This document shows positions 9,795 through 19,888 of a stretch of 64,000 nt of DNA, piece after piece. The DNA comes from Nitrososphaeraceae archaeon (GTDB taxonomy: Archaea > Thermoproteota > Nitrososphaeria > Nitrososphaerales > Nitrososphaeraceae): contig DATFEP010000067.1 in assembly GCA_035250975.1 (NCBI GenBank), positions 1 through 64,000 of the forward strand. Reading direction: 5' to 3'. Under the pieces are notes generated by a model, which worked only from the letters and a program-made list of their open reading frames with translations, was not told the origin of the DNA and made no database searches. How positions within the stretch are numbered: position 1 is the first letter of the stretch; each line of letters starts with the position of its first letter. Made by a program: the position numbers and the translations under genes.

Positions 9795-11372
9795 CTATAA
9801 TTTTGGTGGCATCGCAGCTGTTACAGAACGAGCTCTAGAATATCTTGCGATAATGTCTTCAGGTAATGTTCCATTAAAAAGATCCTTAGAGAGACCTCTA
9901 AGATATTTCATTATAGCCCAAGTTCCAAACTTGATAAGCCCTGCCATAAATAATTTCATTGGTGGACCATAGGATTTATTTCGTATAATAATTGGAATAA
10001 TATCATTAATAACTCTGAGATTATGTTCCCAACATTTCCAGAATAATGTAAATTGTGCCTCGTTAAGATTACCAAAATGCATAGAATTCTTTTCTGAAAA
10101 ATCTTGATACAATAATGGGGCAACCAAACCTCTCATATTCATTTGTTTGAAGTCATCTATCAAGTCAATAGTATACTGTGTTTCATCAGGAGTTTCGTCT
10201 GGCCAACCTATAATTAGAGTCAATGCAGGAAACCAATGATTCTCATTCAAAATTTTACATCCCTCTCTTACCACAGATCCCCATTCTTCAGGTTGAAAGG
10301 GTTTAGTTTTTACACCTAGATGTTTCTTAACCATTCTAGGCGCTACTGTTTCTACACCAAGATTAGTAGCTAACCATCTGCCATTAGAATCCATATCATT
10401 AATACTAGAAAGCTTCTTTATTAAATCAGGAGAAGAAGATACCGCTGAAAGTGTCATGTGAGTCGTACCAATAAAATTTGCACCTACACACTTAAGGCCT
10501 GTCCATAAATCTATTATCGCATCAGCATTAGGAATAAAATCTTTATTATCGCATCCGTATAATAACATTTCATCTGATTGAAGCCAAATTGAATCGAATC
10601 CATAGTTAAGATTAATCTTTGCTTCTTCCTGTAGTCTATTAAGAGGTATATCTTTTTTTGATCTCTTATTAACGTCGCAAAAATCACATCCTCTACCGCA
10701 TCCTCGCATAGCTTCAATAAGCGAATTAATCGTAGGTCCGTTTATTTTTGGAATATTTTCGATATTGCGAACAAAGGTATGCAATAATTCTGGTGCGTCC
10801 CCTTGCTCTAAATCATGAAAAAGATCCAAAGCAAGTTCATCAGCCTCCCCTATGACAACAGTGTCTATTCCATGAATATTCATCCGATCCGGTTTGGCTA
10901 ATTCCCAGGCGCCGTTGCCACCCACAACGACTTTAAAATTAAATTTCTTTTTGAGCTGAATTATTGAAGCACACATTTTTTTGAATTTCATTGCAACATA
11001 AGATAGTTTTTCTGGAGACATTGTTGTCGTCACTGGAGCCATTCCTAACGGGTCCATTACATTGATACCAACAACTTTGGTATGGGGCCCTATACATTTA
11101 TCTAACATCTCAGGATGAGCAAGAAAGACGTCATTACGATCGTATTCTTGTAATAAAGCACCTTCAATGCGTCTTAATCCACATTGGGCGACCTTCACTT
11201 GACCAGTAATTTTATCTGTTTCAACACTAGGACAAAAGAGTTTATCAAACACAAACTCCGGCACCAACTCATAAGGACCACATGCAATAAATCCATACAG
11301 AAAATTACCCCTATAATTAGTCATTAAACTTCTATCAGCTGTTAGAACTATCCGCTTACCTGAGAATGTCAA
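9795..11372 (-). CDS. B12-binding-type radical SAM protein, probable GDGT ring synthase (Grs family)
   Basis: CGRGCDFC (CX3CX2C); N-terminal B12-like domain (GINVMDPLG, VVVGGNGAW, VIGEAD); IVLTADRSLM start resembles Grs-type proteins as I recall them. Confidence 0.7.
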   Translation of the reverse strand: MTFSGKRIVLTADRSLMTNYRGNFLYGFIACGPYELVPEFVFDKLFCPSVETDKITGQVKVAQCGLRRIEGALLQEYDRNDVFLAHPEMLDKCIGPHTKVVGINVMDPLGMAPVTTTMSPEKLSYVAMKFKKMCASIIQLKKKFNFKVVVGGNGAWELAKPDRMNIHGIDTVVIGEADELALDLFHDLEQGDAPELLHTFVRNIENIPKINGPTINSLIEAMRGCGRGCDFCDVNKRSKKDIPLNRLQEEAKINLNYGFDSIWLQSDEMLLYGCDNKDFIPNADAIIDLWTGLKCVGANFIGTTHMTLSAVSSSPDLIKKLSSINDMDSNGRWLATNLGVETVAPRMVKKHLGVKTKPFQPEEWGSVVREGCKILNENHWFPALTLIIGWPDETPDETQYTIDLIDDFKQMNMRGLVAPLLYQDFSEKNSMHFGNLNEAQFTLFWKCWEHNLRVINDIIPIIIRNKSYGPPMKLFMAGLIKFGTWAIMKYLRGLSKDLFNGTLPEDIIARYSRARSVTAAMPPKL

Positions 11373-11454
11373 TACAGTAGCCTCTTAACACATGCTTTTT
11401 GAATCATATATAAATTTATTATCATAAACTTACGAGTATATCGTGTAGGATCTT

Positions 11455-11877
11455 TTAGTAAAATCCTCTTTCATGACCCATAAGCATTATAGATTTTAAC
11501 TGCTTTCTATTCAAATAATTGAGAGCATCATAGAAATTCGTCCATATATAATCATCATGTTCGTTGGAGAGAATAATTTCACGTATATTTGTTGTTGCAT
11601 AATAGAAACTTACCTCTTTTCTTGATTTTATTCCTTCTCCCTTGAAAAAAGAATAGCGTATTCGTCCTATGAATGATAAAATATTAAGAGAATTAATACC
11701 CGTCTCTTCTAAAACTTCTCTAAATAGTGTTTGAATTTCTGTTTCGCCGTCTTCTTTATGACCTTGTGGAAATCCCCAGTAACCTCTACGGTTTCGCAGT
11801 AGAAGAAATTCTGGATCCTTTTTACTTAATGGTGTTTGATATTTTATGACTGCACCAACAGATTTTTCTATATTCAC
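11455..11877 (-). CDS. NUDIX hydrolase (Ap4A-hydrolase-like)
   Basis: WGFPQGHKEDGETEIQTLFREVLEETG Nudix box; GTG start at 11877 (the longer ORF crosses the tRNA). Confidence 0.88.
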   Translation of the reverse strand: MNIEKSVGAVIKYQTPLSKKDPEFLLLRNRRGYWGFPQGHKEDGETEIQTLFREVLEETGINSLNILSFIGRIRYSFFKGEGIKSRKEVSFYYATTNIREIILSNEHDDYIWTNFYDALNYLNRKQLKSIMLMGHERGFY

Positions 11878-11961
11878 ACTACGATAGTTTTTATAAAATA
11901 GAATTATAATATTGTTTCTTAAAAATATTAATATCCAATTAATTTCATTATTTTTTATCGA

Positions 11962-12035
11962 GGGCCGGTCGTCTAGTCTGGTAGGATACGGCATTGGCAT
12001 TGCTGAGATCGTGGGTTCAAATCCCACCCGGTCCA
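11962..12035 (+). tRNA. tRNA-Ala(GGC)
   Basis: Acceptor GGGCCGG/CCGGTCC with G3:U70; anticodon arm CGGCA-TTGGCAT-TGCTG; T arm GTGGG-TTCAAAT-CCCAC. Confidence 0.96.
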
Positions 12036-12081
12036 CATAATTCAAATAATATAAAGTATTTATCTCATCAGACCGAAATAA

Positions 12082-12783
12082 TTGTATTTTGTTAACTGGG
12101 AGAGAGATATTGAAAAAATCAAAATTGGACAAAAAGTTTTTGTCATAAAGAAAAATAAACGCTTTAAAACAATAAGAGAGTTTATACTAATATTCATTTT
12201 TACAATTATATCTCTGATTTCTTGTCATCCTTCTTCACCTCCACCAATTGGAAAAAAAAAAATAGAAAATGAAGGTTTCAAAAATAGAGAGAAATTAGAA
12301 TTAATAGGAATTAAAACTCCAAGACTTATTTCCATTTCAAGTCAAGAAATTATAGAGGAATATGTTGAATATGGAAATCTTTATGAATATCTAGTAAAAC
12401 ACGATGATATTGCTATTGCTAGCAAAGCTGGAATAATGACTGGTATATTACATAATTCAGGTTATACATTTATTGATAATAAGAGTCAAAATTTTTTAGT
12501 ATCAAAAGATAAAGATCTCATTAGAATAGATCTAGGTCTAATGCAAGCGAATATTTCATTATTCGCAAAAAGTATGGATATAGGTACATTTTTAGGAAGC
12601 GTTCTCGACTTAGAATCGAAGAAATATCACGAGATAGAACGAGAGTATTTAGATGGATATATTAAAACAACAGGAAGTGTTATTCCTTACTTATCAGTAA
12701 TTTTAAGAAATGTGCTAGCTTTGGGTTTTGTAAATGATCATAACAAGATGATGAAAAACATGACCAAAAAATATAATAGCTAG
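12082..12783 (+). CDS. Atypical protein-kinase-like protein (Bud32/RIO/Kdo-like fold)
   Basis: VIKK, IKTPRL, EEYVE, LHNSG..IDNKSQN catalytic loop, IDLG. Confidence 0.65.
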   Translation: MYFVNWERDIEKIKIGQKVFVIKKNKRFKTIREFILIFIFTIISLISCHPSSPPPIGKKKIENEGFKNREKLELIGIKTPRLISISSQEIIEEYVEYGNLYEYLVKHDDIAIASKAGIMTGILHNSGYTFIDNKSQNFLVSKDKDLIRIDLGLMQANISLFAKSMDIGTFLGSVLDLESKKYHEIEREYLDGYIKTTGSVIPYLSVILRNVLALGFVNDHNKMMKNMTKKYNS

Positions 12784-13163
12784 ATAGGAGGAAGTTCTTG
12801 TCTTTTATCAAACCCTCCAGATCCAAATTTACAGTAAAAACATTGATCAGATTGCATATAAGGTATTCTTTGAATAACAATGGCACCTAGTTTTAATGCA
12901 AACTTCGTCATCAATCTATGTTTAAAAGGCATAGAGGGAATGACTTCCTTAAAATAAACATCATAATGATCTGGGCAAAATTTTAAAGTGATTTGGGCAC
13001 GTGGTTTATTTTGAGCTTTTGACTCATTAATTGTTCTAGTAAGTTGTATTTGTTCTCTTATATACTCATGTTTTGGGCAAGGACAATCTTTTCCTAACGG
13101 ATGTTTATATGCCGGAGTATTTTTCCAATCGAATTCGGGAAAATTCTTATCAAAATCATCCAT
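12780..13163 (-). CDS. Hypothetical Cys/His metal-binding protein
   Basis: CPCPKH, FCPDH, CFYC motifs. Confidence 0.75.
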   Translation of the reverse strand: MDDFDKNFPEFDWKNTPAYKHPLGKDCPCPKHEYIREQIQLTRTINESKAQNKPRAQITLKFCPDHYDVYFKEVIPSMPFKHRLMTKFALKLGAIVIQRIPYMQSDQCFYCKFGSGGFDKRQELPPI

Positions 13164-13289
13164 TCTTCTCTAATATATTAGAAGTAATATCATATAAATT
13201 GTGGGATGAAAAATTGCGATGTAAATATTAATATTTAATCTGATTATAAAAATATATATTTTTGATAATTTATAAAAAGTCAAAGCGGC

Positions 13290-14279
13290 GTGAATAGAAC
13301 GGAACAGAGTAATGTCAATAGCACAGAAGATAATTCAAAGAAAAATGATCAAGAACAAAATCTTATTTCTCTCAATTTGAATCTAAATACACTTATAGAA
13401 TTTAAGAATTCGTTAATAGAGGAACAGAAGAATGGAGAAACAAAGATTCAGGAAATAAATGAGAAAATAGAGAGAACAAAAAAAGAAGTTGACAAGGAAA
13501 GACAGTCACTCGAAGAGCTAAGAATAAGATTAAAGGAAATAAACGATGTAAAGGATGAAGAATTTCCCAAATTTATGGAACTTAAAGATCAGGTTATGAA
13601 AGCTAGAAACCAAATGAAGGTAATTGACGAGAAAACAGGTGTAAAAAATAATAAAGAGAGAACAAACATCAAACAATTAACTAGAACTCTAGAACAACTT
13701 GAAAGAGACATACAAACAAAAAAATTGTCGAAAGATGAAGAGAGGAGATTGGTTGTCAAATCAAAAGAAATTGCTACAAAGCTTCATGCTTTGAAAGTAA
13801 TACATAAAAAAGAAGATCAATTTAGGATGATTTCAACTCAATACGGCAGTTTAAAGTCAAAAATCAATGACATTTTTGATAAAAAATCTGAATTTGGAAA
13901 CAAAATAGGTGATCTGAAAAAGGTGTTAGACAATCTCTTGGACATACGTGAGAATTTGTACGAAGAAAGGAGAAAAATAATCCGAGCAATGAGAGAAAGT
14001 GCCGCAAAATTAGAAATGGTTGATACTCAAATTAATGCAATAGAATTTAGAAAATCAAAAATTACTGCTGTAGGAGGCAAGAGAAGATTTAGAGATTTAC
14101 GTGATAAGCAGTTCGTAGGTTTACAATCACCTAAAGAAAGAACCAAAAGAAATAAAGAGAATATCCAGATATGGAATTCTATGAAAGAGCAGGCATTAAA
14201 GAAGATGTCAAGTGGAGAAAAACTTACTTTTGACGAAATGAAGTTGATCTATAGTGATATGAGTTCATCTGAACTGTAG
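13290..14279 (+). CDS. Archaeal coiled-coil protein (COG1340-like)
   Basis: Heptad-rich; LERDIQTKKLSKDEERRLV and C-terminal GEKLTFDEM. Confidence 0.8.
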   Translation: MNRTEQSNVNSTEDNSKKNDQEQNLISLNLNLNTLIEFKNSLIEEQKNGETKIQEINEKIERTKKEVDKERQSLEELRIRLKEINDVKDEEFPKFMELKDQVMKARNQMKVIDEKTGVKNNKERTNIKQLTRTLEQLERDIQTKKLSKDEERRLVVKSKEIATKLHALKVIHKKEDQFRMISTQYGSLKSKINDIFDKKSEFGNKIGDLKKVLDNLLDIRENLYEERRKIIRAMRESAAKLEMVDTQINAIEFRKSKITAVGGKRRFRDLRDKQFVGLQSPKERTKRNKENIQIWNSMKEQALKKMSSGEKLTFDEMKLIYSDMSSSEL

Positions 14280-14360
14280 ACGATTTGTGTGACTTCATTT
14301 AGTTTGCTTAATGAATTTAATCTTTTAAATATTTATGTCATCATTAAAATGTAATAGCAA

Positions 14361-15536
14361 TTGAAAAATTTATATTTTACTCCTTATGGCGTGGGGCTAG
14401 GACATGCTAGTCGTTTAATCAATATAGCTGATAAAATTCAGGATGAAGAAATCAAGGTAAAATTTTCTTCTTATGGAGAAGCTGTGGAATTTATTTCTCG
14501 TTGTGGATATTACTGTTCAGATGTACCTCCAGTTGAATTTTCATGGAATACGCATGGGAGCTTTTCATTTAAAAATACTATTTCAAATATTCCGACATGG
14601 TTTACCAATTTTTCAATTCAAATAATAAGAGAAGTTGAAAATATGACCAAATTTTCACCACATCTAGTAGTATCTGACTCAAGATTATCTTCAATTATCT
14701 CTGCCAAATTATTAGGTATTCCTTCAATAGTAATATTAAATCAAATTAAACTGTTGCTATCTCCTAGATTACATTCTTTCAAGATTGCGCGATTATTTGA
14801 AGAGATCAACGCTGAATTCATGGGTATCTTTTGGTCTATATCTGACGAAATACTTGTACCTGATTTACCTCCTCCATACACTATTTCAGAAAATAATACC
14901 TGGAATACTGGTTCAGTAACAAAAAAAATCAAATATATTGGATTTATATCTCCACCTCACAGAATCTCCGAAAACCAAATTAACAAAGTATTGAAATTAC
15001 TTAATTTCTCGAAATCAAAACCTATAATTTTTTTTCACATAAGCGGGCCTCCCAAAACAAGAATTCCTATTGTTACTAAAATATTAAAAATGAAAGAATC
15101 ATTTGGTAGTAACCTTCAGTTCATCATTTCAGGGGGTAAACCGAATGGTGAAACGATTCCAAGAAAAATATCTGAAAATGGATGGTATTACGAATGGTGT
15201 CCAATTCGCGATGAACTTTTTGCATTAAGTGATATCATAGTAATACGAGGAGGTCATACTGCAATTTCTCAAGCAATCCAGTTTGGAAAACCAATAATTT
15301 CAATACCGATTGAGAACCACGCAGAACAAATAAATAATTCAGTTAAAATATCCAGAATTGGACTTGGCACTAAACTAGATAATAATGAAATTACTCCAAA
15401 AAAAATTGTTGAATCCATTTATGAAATATTAGATAATTCAAATTATTTGATGAAATCTAATGAAATAATGAATATAAGCAACAAATTAAATGGAGTTGAG
15501 AATGTTGTCGATATAGTTAGGTCGTATATTAGATGA
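14361..15536 (+). CDS. GT-B glycosyltransferase (GT28/MurG-like)
   Basis: GVGLGHASR, RGGHTAISQA, GKPIISIP, HAEQINN. Confidence 0.88.
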   Translation: MKNLYFTPYGVGLGHASRLINIADKIQDEEIKVKFSSYGEAVEFISRCGYYCSDVPPVEFSWNTHGSFSFKNTISNIPTWFTNFSIQIIREVENMTKFSPHLVVSDSRLSSIISAKLLGIPSIVILNQIKLLLSPRLHSFKIARLFEEINAEFMGIFWSISDEILVPDLPPPYTISENNTWNTGSVTKKIKYIGFISPPHRISENQINKVLKLLNFSKSKPIIFFHISGPPKTRIPIVTKILKMKESFGSNLQFIISGGKPNGETIPRKISENGWYYEWCPIRDELFALSDIIVIRGGHTAISQAIQFGKPIISIPIENHAEQINNSVKISRIGLGTKLDNNEITPKKIVESIYEILDNSNYLMKSNEIMNISNKLNGVENVVDIVRSYIR

Positions 15537-16643
15537 ATTCATGACAAATGTGATATTTTTAATTTCTTTTCTTAAGAATGAGAATCTGAATAAAGATTTT
15601 TTGTCGCCTGAAATGTTACCGGTTCTAATTTTTTTATTGATTTTATTTTCAAAATTTTTAATCAAATCAGCATTTTTGAAATGCAGATCAATACATTCGT
15701 CTGGATCGGAAAAAGCCATAGGAATCCATGGGATTTTATTATTCTTGTAACAAAGATTTATGATTTTTTCCATCATCCAGAAAGGATGAGTATAAAAACT
15801 AAATGGCACTAAGACGTTAGGATCGTTATTTGACATGATTATTGATTTTAATATTAAAAATTCTTCATATTGGCAGTCATCAATTGTAAATTTCAAGTCG
15901 GTAGACAATAAGCTTATAGAAATATGTCTATTTCCCATTTTAGAAAAAATCGGATGCAGAAGTTTCAGTTTTTTAGTAAGATCAGAGATGTTTGAATAAA
16001 CAATTAATATTTCTGGAATAAAACCAAAATTAGATATGGTTTTAATGCAATTCAAAGAGTAATCATTGTAATATATGGAAAAAATCTTTTTCTTATTATA
16101 ATTAAATGGAAGTCCGCCTATGCCATCGATTAATTTGATTAGTACATAAGTATTTAATTTCCCTATATAACAATAAATTTGCTTAATATTCATTCCTTTA
16201 GAGTTATTTGTCTTCAAACTTTGGTATTTTGTTTTATCAATAATCAAACCAGTGGCCATAAATTCTACGTCTCGTGAAATGAAATCTGGATTCTCGGATA
16301 CAACCTTAACCTGAAATCGTTCGTTGTATAGTATAATATTTTTAGTCACCGATAATATGAGACTCAATATATTTTTAATATTATTAGATGTAGAAACAGC
16401 TAATCCAATTTTTTTAATGCCTAAAAATGTAGACAAAATATTAAAAACATATAGATAATTTTGACTTGTTAAAACCAAAAAAGAATTCTCTATTGTGATT
16501 TTATAAGATTTTACATTGTGGGATTTCAAGGTTTTTATTATTGAAACCTTTATATCTTTAAGCAAATGTCTGTGAATTGGAAAAATTATTAATTTAATAT
16601 CTTTTCGCAATGTCATAATATTAACAAGTTTATCTAGGATCAC
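15486..16643 (-). CDS. ThiI-like THUMP-domain protein with degenerate PP-loop
   Basis: THUMP-like N-half and GIGGLP linker; no SGGxDS motif follows. Confidence 0.6.
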   Translation of the reverse strand: MILDKLVNIMTLRKDIKLIIFPIHRHLLKDIKVSIIKTLKSHNVKSYKITIENSFLVLTSQNYLYVFNILSTFLGIKKIGLAVSTSNNIKNILSLILSVTKNIILYNERFQVKVVSENPDFISRDVEFMATGLIIDKTKYQSLKTNNSKGMNIKQIYCYIGKLNTYVLIKLIDGIGGLPFNYNKKKIFSIYYNDYSLNCIKTISNFGFIPEILIVYSNISDLTKKLKLLHPIFSKMGNRHISISLLSTDLKFTIDDCQYEEFLILKSIIMSNNDPNVLVPFSFYTHPFWMMEKIINLCYKNNKIPWIPMAFSDPDECIDLHFKNADLIKNFENKINKKIRTGNISGDKKSLFRFSFLRKEIKNITFVMNSSNIRPNYIDNILNSI

Positions 16644-17566
16644 AAATTGTCTATCGTTTCTCTCACTTGATTTTTATCATATGCGTCGGGAGTTTTTTGC
16701 AAATATAAAATTAAATCTTCTTTTGCCAGTTTATTTTTATTTTGATTCAATCGGACAAACGCTCTGTTCTTATATATTGGGCCATATCTATTAGGATCAA
16801 TTTCAATAGCAGATGAATAATATTTTTCTGATTTTTCATAGTCACGATTTTTAAGGTAATAATTACCTAAACCTCTAAAAGCAAGATAATAACGAGAATT
16901 AATCGAAATTGCTTTATTAAAACAAATTACTGCTTCAGAAATATTTTTTTCACTATAGCAACTTCCAAGAATTGACCACGCATGAGCATTTTCGGGTTCA
17001 TTTACAAGGGCCTTATTTAATTTTTCAATGGCTGAGTCAAAGTTACCGACAAGAAAATCATTTTCAGCTTCAAAGCAGATCATATTTGAGTCTAAACAAG
17101 GTAATGCATTTCTTTTAACAATATTTTTCATATCGTTTGGTAACAGAATTATAGTTATATAATCTTCTTGTTCCCATTCTGATTCAAATTTTGATTCAGG
17201 AATAAAACCTTCCGTATCAGGCCTTGGGATATATGTCAAAATTCTCTTTTCCTCTTTATCATAACCCGAGATTAACATTGCATGTTGTATGAGGTCATAC
17301 AATCCAGGAAAAATTACTATAGGTGGAATTCCCTGATCTATTCTTTTTTTAATATCTACCAATGATCCCTTATAGATATAAAAACAAAAATCATTTTTTT
17401 CTGCAATTTTTAAGCTATCATGAATAGATATTAGCGATTTAAATCTTGAGGACTCGGCAAGTAAATTTTCTTGCCCCCAATATTTAAGAACTACCGAAAT
17501 TACTAGCGGTAACTTTGTATCTTCTTCAATCAAAGGTAAATTTAAATTGTTTGAAACAGATTGCAT
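16640..17566 (-). CDS. C39-peptidase-like domain plus TPR repeats
   Basis: VLKYWG, IDQGIPPIV, QHAMLISGYD; C-terminal TPR repeats (AWSILG, AFRGLG, IYKNRA). Confidence 0.8.
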   Translation of the reverse strand: MQSVSNNLNLPLIEEDTKLPLVISVVLKYWGQENLLAESSRFKSLISIHDSLKIAEKNDFCFYIYKGSLVDIKKRIDQGIPPIVIFPGLYDLIQHAMLISGYDKEEKRILTYIPRPDTEGFIPESKFESEWEQEDYITIILLPNDMKNIVKRNALPCLDSNMICFEAENDFLVGNFDSAIEKLNKALVNEPENAHAWSILGSCYSEKNISEAVICFNKAISINSRYYLAFRGLGNYYLKNRDYEKSEKYYSSAIEIDPNRYGPIYKNRAFVRLNQNKNKLAKEDLILYLQKTPDAYDKNQVRETIDNL

Positions 17567-17602
17567 TTAATATAGAAATGGATAAATCAAATAAAAATCA
17601 TC

Positions 17603-18163
17603 CTATCGCGAAATATTTAGGAAGGAATTAATTAAATATTCACCAATCTTACCACTTTTTTCCGGGTGAAATTGAAATCCAAAAATATTTTTATCCAAAT
17701 GCTTTAAGATTTCAAATTTATTACCTGGAGAGCTTGCTAGCGATTCCAATTGTGATGAAATTTTGGATATACAGTATTTGTGACTCTGATACGCACTAAA
17801 TGAAAAATTTGAAGGCAAGGATAAGCAATCTTTCAAAATTGTTATTTTTTTAAAACCTTGTATTACCTGATCCATTCTGTATAATGAACCTCCGAAATAA
17901 AGGTTTATCATCTCTGCGCCATAACAGATGCCTAAGAGGGGAATATCTGTTTGATAACAATATCTTATTATTCTGGTATTGACCATATTAGTCTCTTTAT
18001 TAATTTTCTTCCTTCCAGATAAAATGATGCAATCATAATCATGCAATCTGTCCATGTTTACTTGAGAATACAATTTAGAAAAAACATTTTTTTTAAATCT
18101 TACAGCATGAAAAAGGATATCCCTAGTAAAAGGTGAGGTGTTATCTACTATCAATGTATTCAT
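17603..18163 (-). CDS. Class I glutamine amidotransferase (GMP synthase subunit A-like)
   Basis: IILSG, PLLGICYG, QFHPE triad. Confidence 0.88.
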   Translation of the reverse strand: MNTLIVDNTSPFTRDILFHAVRFKKNVFSKLYSQVNMDRLHDYDCIILSGRKKINKETNMVNTRIIRYCYQTDIPLLGICYGAEMINLYFGGSLYRMDQVIQGFKKITILKDCLSLPSNFSFSAYQSHKYCISKISSQLESLASSPGNKFEILKHLDKNIFGFQFHPEKSGKIGEYLINSFLNISR

Positions 18164-18740
18164 TAGTAAGCAAAATGATGTTACATTATTTTTAGCTTTA
18201 GATGTTCAAATATGTTTCTTAAATTTGTAAAATTACTTTAAATTTCCATTGATTGTCTAATAAGTTTTCTAACAAATTCTATTATTTAATAGATATAACA
18301 AGAACCATAAAGTTTTGATAATCTCATAATTTTGACTTAATAAAAATAATAGTTAGATCGTAGAAATATTGACTTATGACCATTATTTTTTCACCAATTA
18401 CAGCACTAATTTAACTCTCATTTTTTTCGTACCTTGTGAATAATTCTCTAAATATGGTACACCAAGAATTTTTTCGATCATTATTACTATAAAACTCTCA
18501 ATAACATTTGTAACTTTACAGAGATTAAGACTGGCCTCCTTGTCTCTCCAGTATGTTGATGTTTTTATTTATATTTTGAAATTGATTTATTGCAATGCAC
18601 TGAACCTGTCATGTTGGTACTTTGTGCAAATAAAAAAATATTTATGTGAATCAAGGAATGACTCTTCAAACAATTATGTTGTTTTTGTTTAAAATATAAT
18701 TTTATGTTACTAAATTATAGGTAATATACTGTAATATTCA

Positions 18741-19886
18741 TTATAATACATCAGCTAAACTTTTTGACACTAAATAAATAGCTACCGGGTAAGGAACTGT
18801 CGCAGAGGAATTATCAAGATGATATTTTTTTTGTTTGAAAATTAACTTTAGCTTTGTTTTAACATTTATGTCTATATTTTCGTTTTCTTGAAAAAGACAC
18901 GCATCTGAAAAAGGATCAAAAGTATCTATGTTCTTGCACTTGACTTTTGAAAGACCACTTTTACTATTAATTGATCCTGACATTCTAAATATCCTATGGA
19001 TATCCATGGTAACATAAGGATCTATTTTAACGCCGATTGATTTCGTAATATTTTCAACCTCTTTCTTAAATTCATCATATCCACCGATTTTCTTTACATA
19101 TTTTGATAACTTATCGTTAGAAACACCCGGTAGATTTAATTTGTTAATTATTCTTTTTCGCCACCCATATGAAAATCCACTTTGCGGTATTTTCACAGTC
19201 AAGTTATATTTGTTTTTTCTCACACCAAGACTTCCTAAAGAAATATTCTTTCCCATCAAATAACCTGCAAGATCACTTCTAGCTTTTGAATCCAAAGTAA
19301 AATATTTTTGATCTATTGCAGTAATATGAAATCCTGTATTTCCAGAAAAATAAATAAAGATATATTTACTATCTATTCCAAAATCTTCAGTAAGAAATGA
19401 AATTAATTTTTTAGTTTCTTTTTTGAGAATTTTTATACAGACAGGACATGGAATAACAGTAGAATGTATCTTAGTACTTTTACATAGATCGCAAAGTTTA
19501 ATCAATTTTTGACTAACAATTCCGCATTCTTTGCAAATGAAGTATGTATGTTGCATCAGACATGGTGAGGCCAGATCTTTCAAATCTATATCAAAAATAA
19601 GATCAGCTCCAATCCATCTTTTTTCGTTCATTGGAAATGTCGGAAATTCGTAATATGAATTGGAATAATATATATCTGATGGAACATTTTGTAAAAGATA
19701 TGCGTTCAATTGACCAATATCGTCAAATGAAATATGTCTTATCATATCGGATTCGAAGTCCATGAATCCAAACTCTCGTTGTGAAATATTATGGGGACAT
19801 TCCAAAATATCTGTATTTTTAAAATAATATTCCTTGAAGGATTTTTGTAGAAAGTACAGATTCTTATTATTTGGTTTAATATTCAT
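18741..19886 (-). CDS. priS: DNA primase small subunit
   Basis: REFGF, ADLIFDID, FSGNTGFH, ID..VTMDIHRIFRM; Cys4 zinc insert. Confidence 0.95.
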   Translation of the reverse strand: MNIKPNNKNLYFLQKSFKEYYFKNTDILECPHNISQREFGFMDFESDMIRHISFDDIGQLNAYLLQNVPSDIYYSNSYYEFPTFPMNEKRWIGADLIFDIDLKDLASPCLMQHTYFICKECGIVSQKLIKLCDLCKSTKIHSTVIPCPVCIKILKKETKKLISFLTEDFGIDSKYIFIYFSGNTGFHITAIDQKYFTLDSKARSDLAGYLMGKNISLGSLGVRKNKYNLTVKIPQSGFSYGWRKRIINKLNLPGVSNDKLSKYVKKIGGYDEFKKEVENITKSIGVKIDPYVTMDIHRIFRMSGSINSKSGLSKVKCKNIDTFDPFSDACLFQENENIDINVKTKLKLIFKQKKYHLDNSSATVPYPVAIYLVSKSLADVL

Positions 19887-19888
19887 TT

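Noticed and set aside
11878-12132. N-terminal extension of the NUDIX ORF (track ORF 11455..12132)
   Set aside because: It is the antisense translation of tRNA-Ala (VDRVGFEPTISAMP); the Nudix domain starts at GTG 11877
18164-18740. Long intergenic gap between the amidotransferase and priS
   Set aside because: Only short frames without recognisable similarity; no GC-rich structured RNA; cannot support a feature
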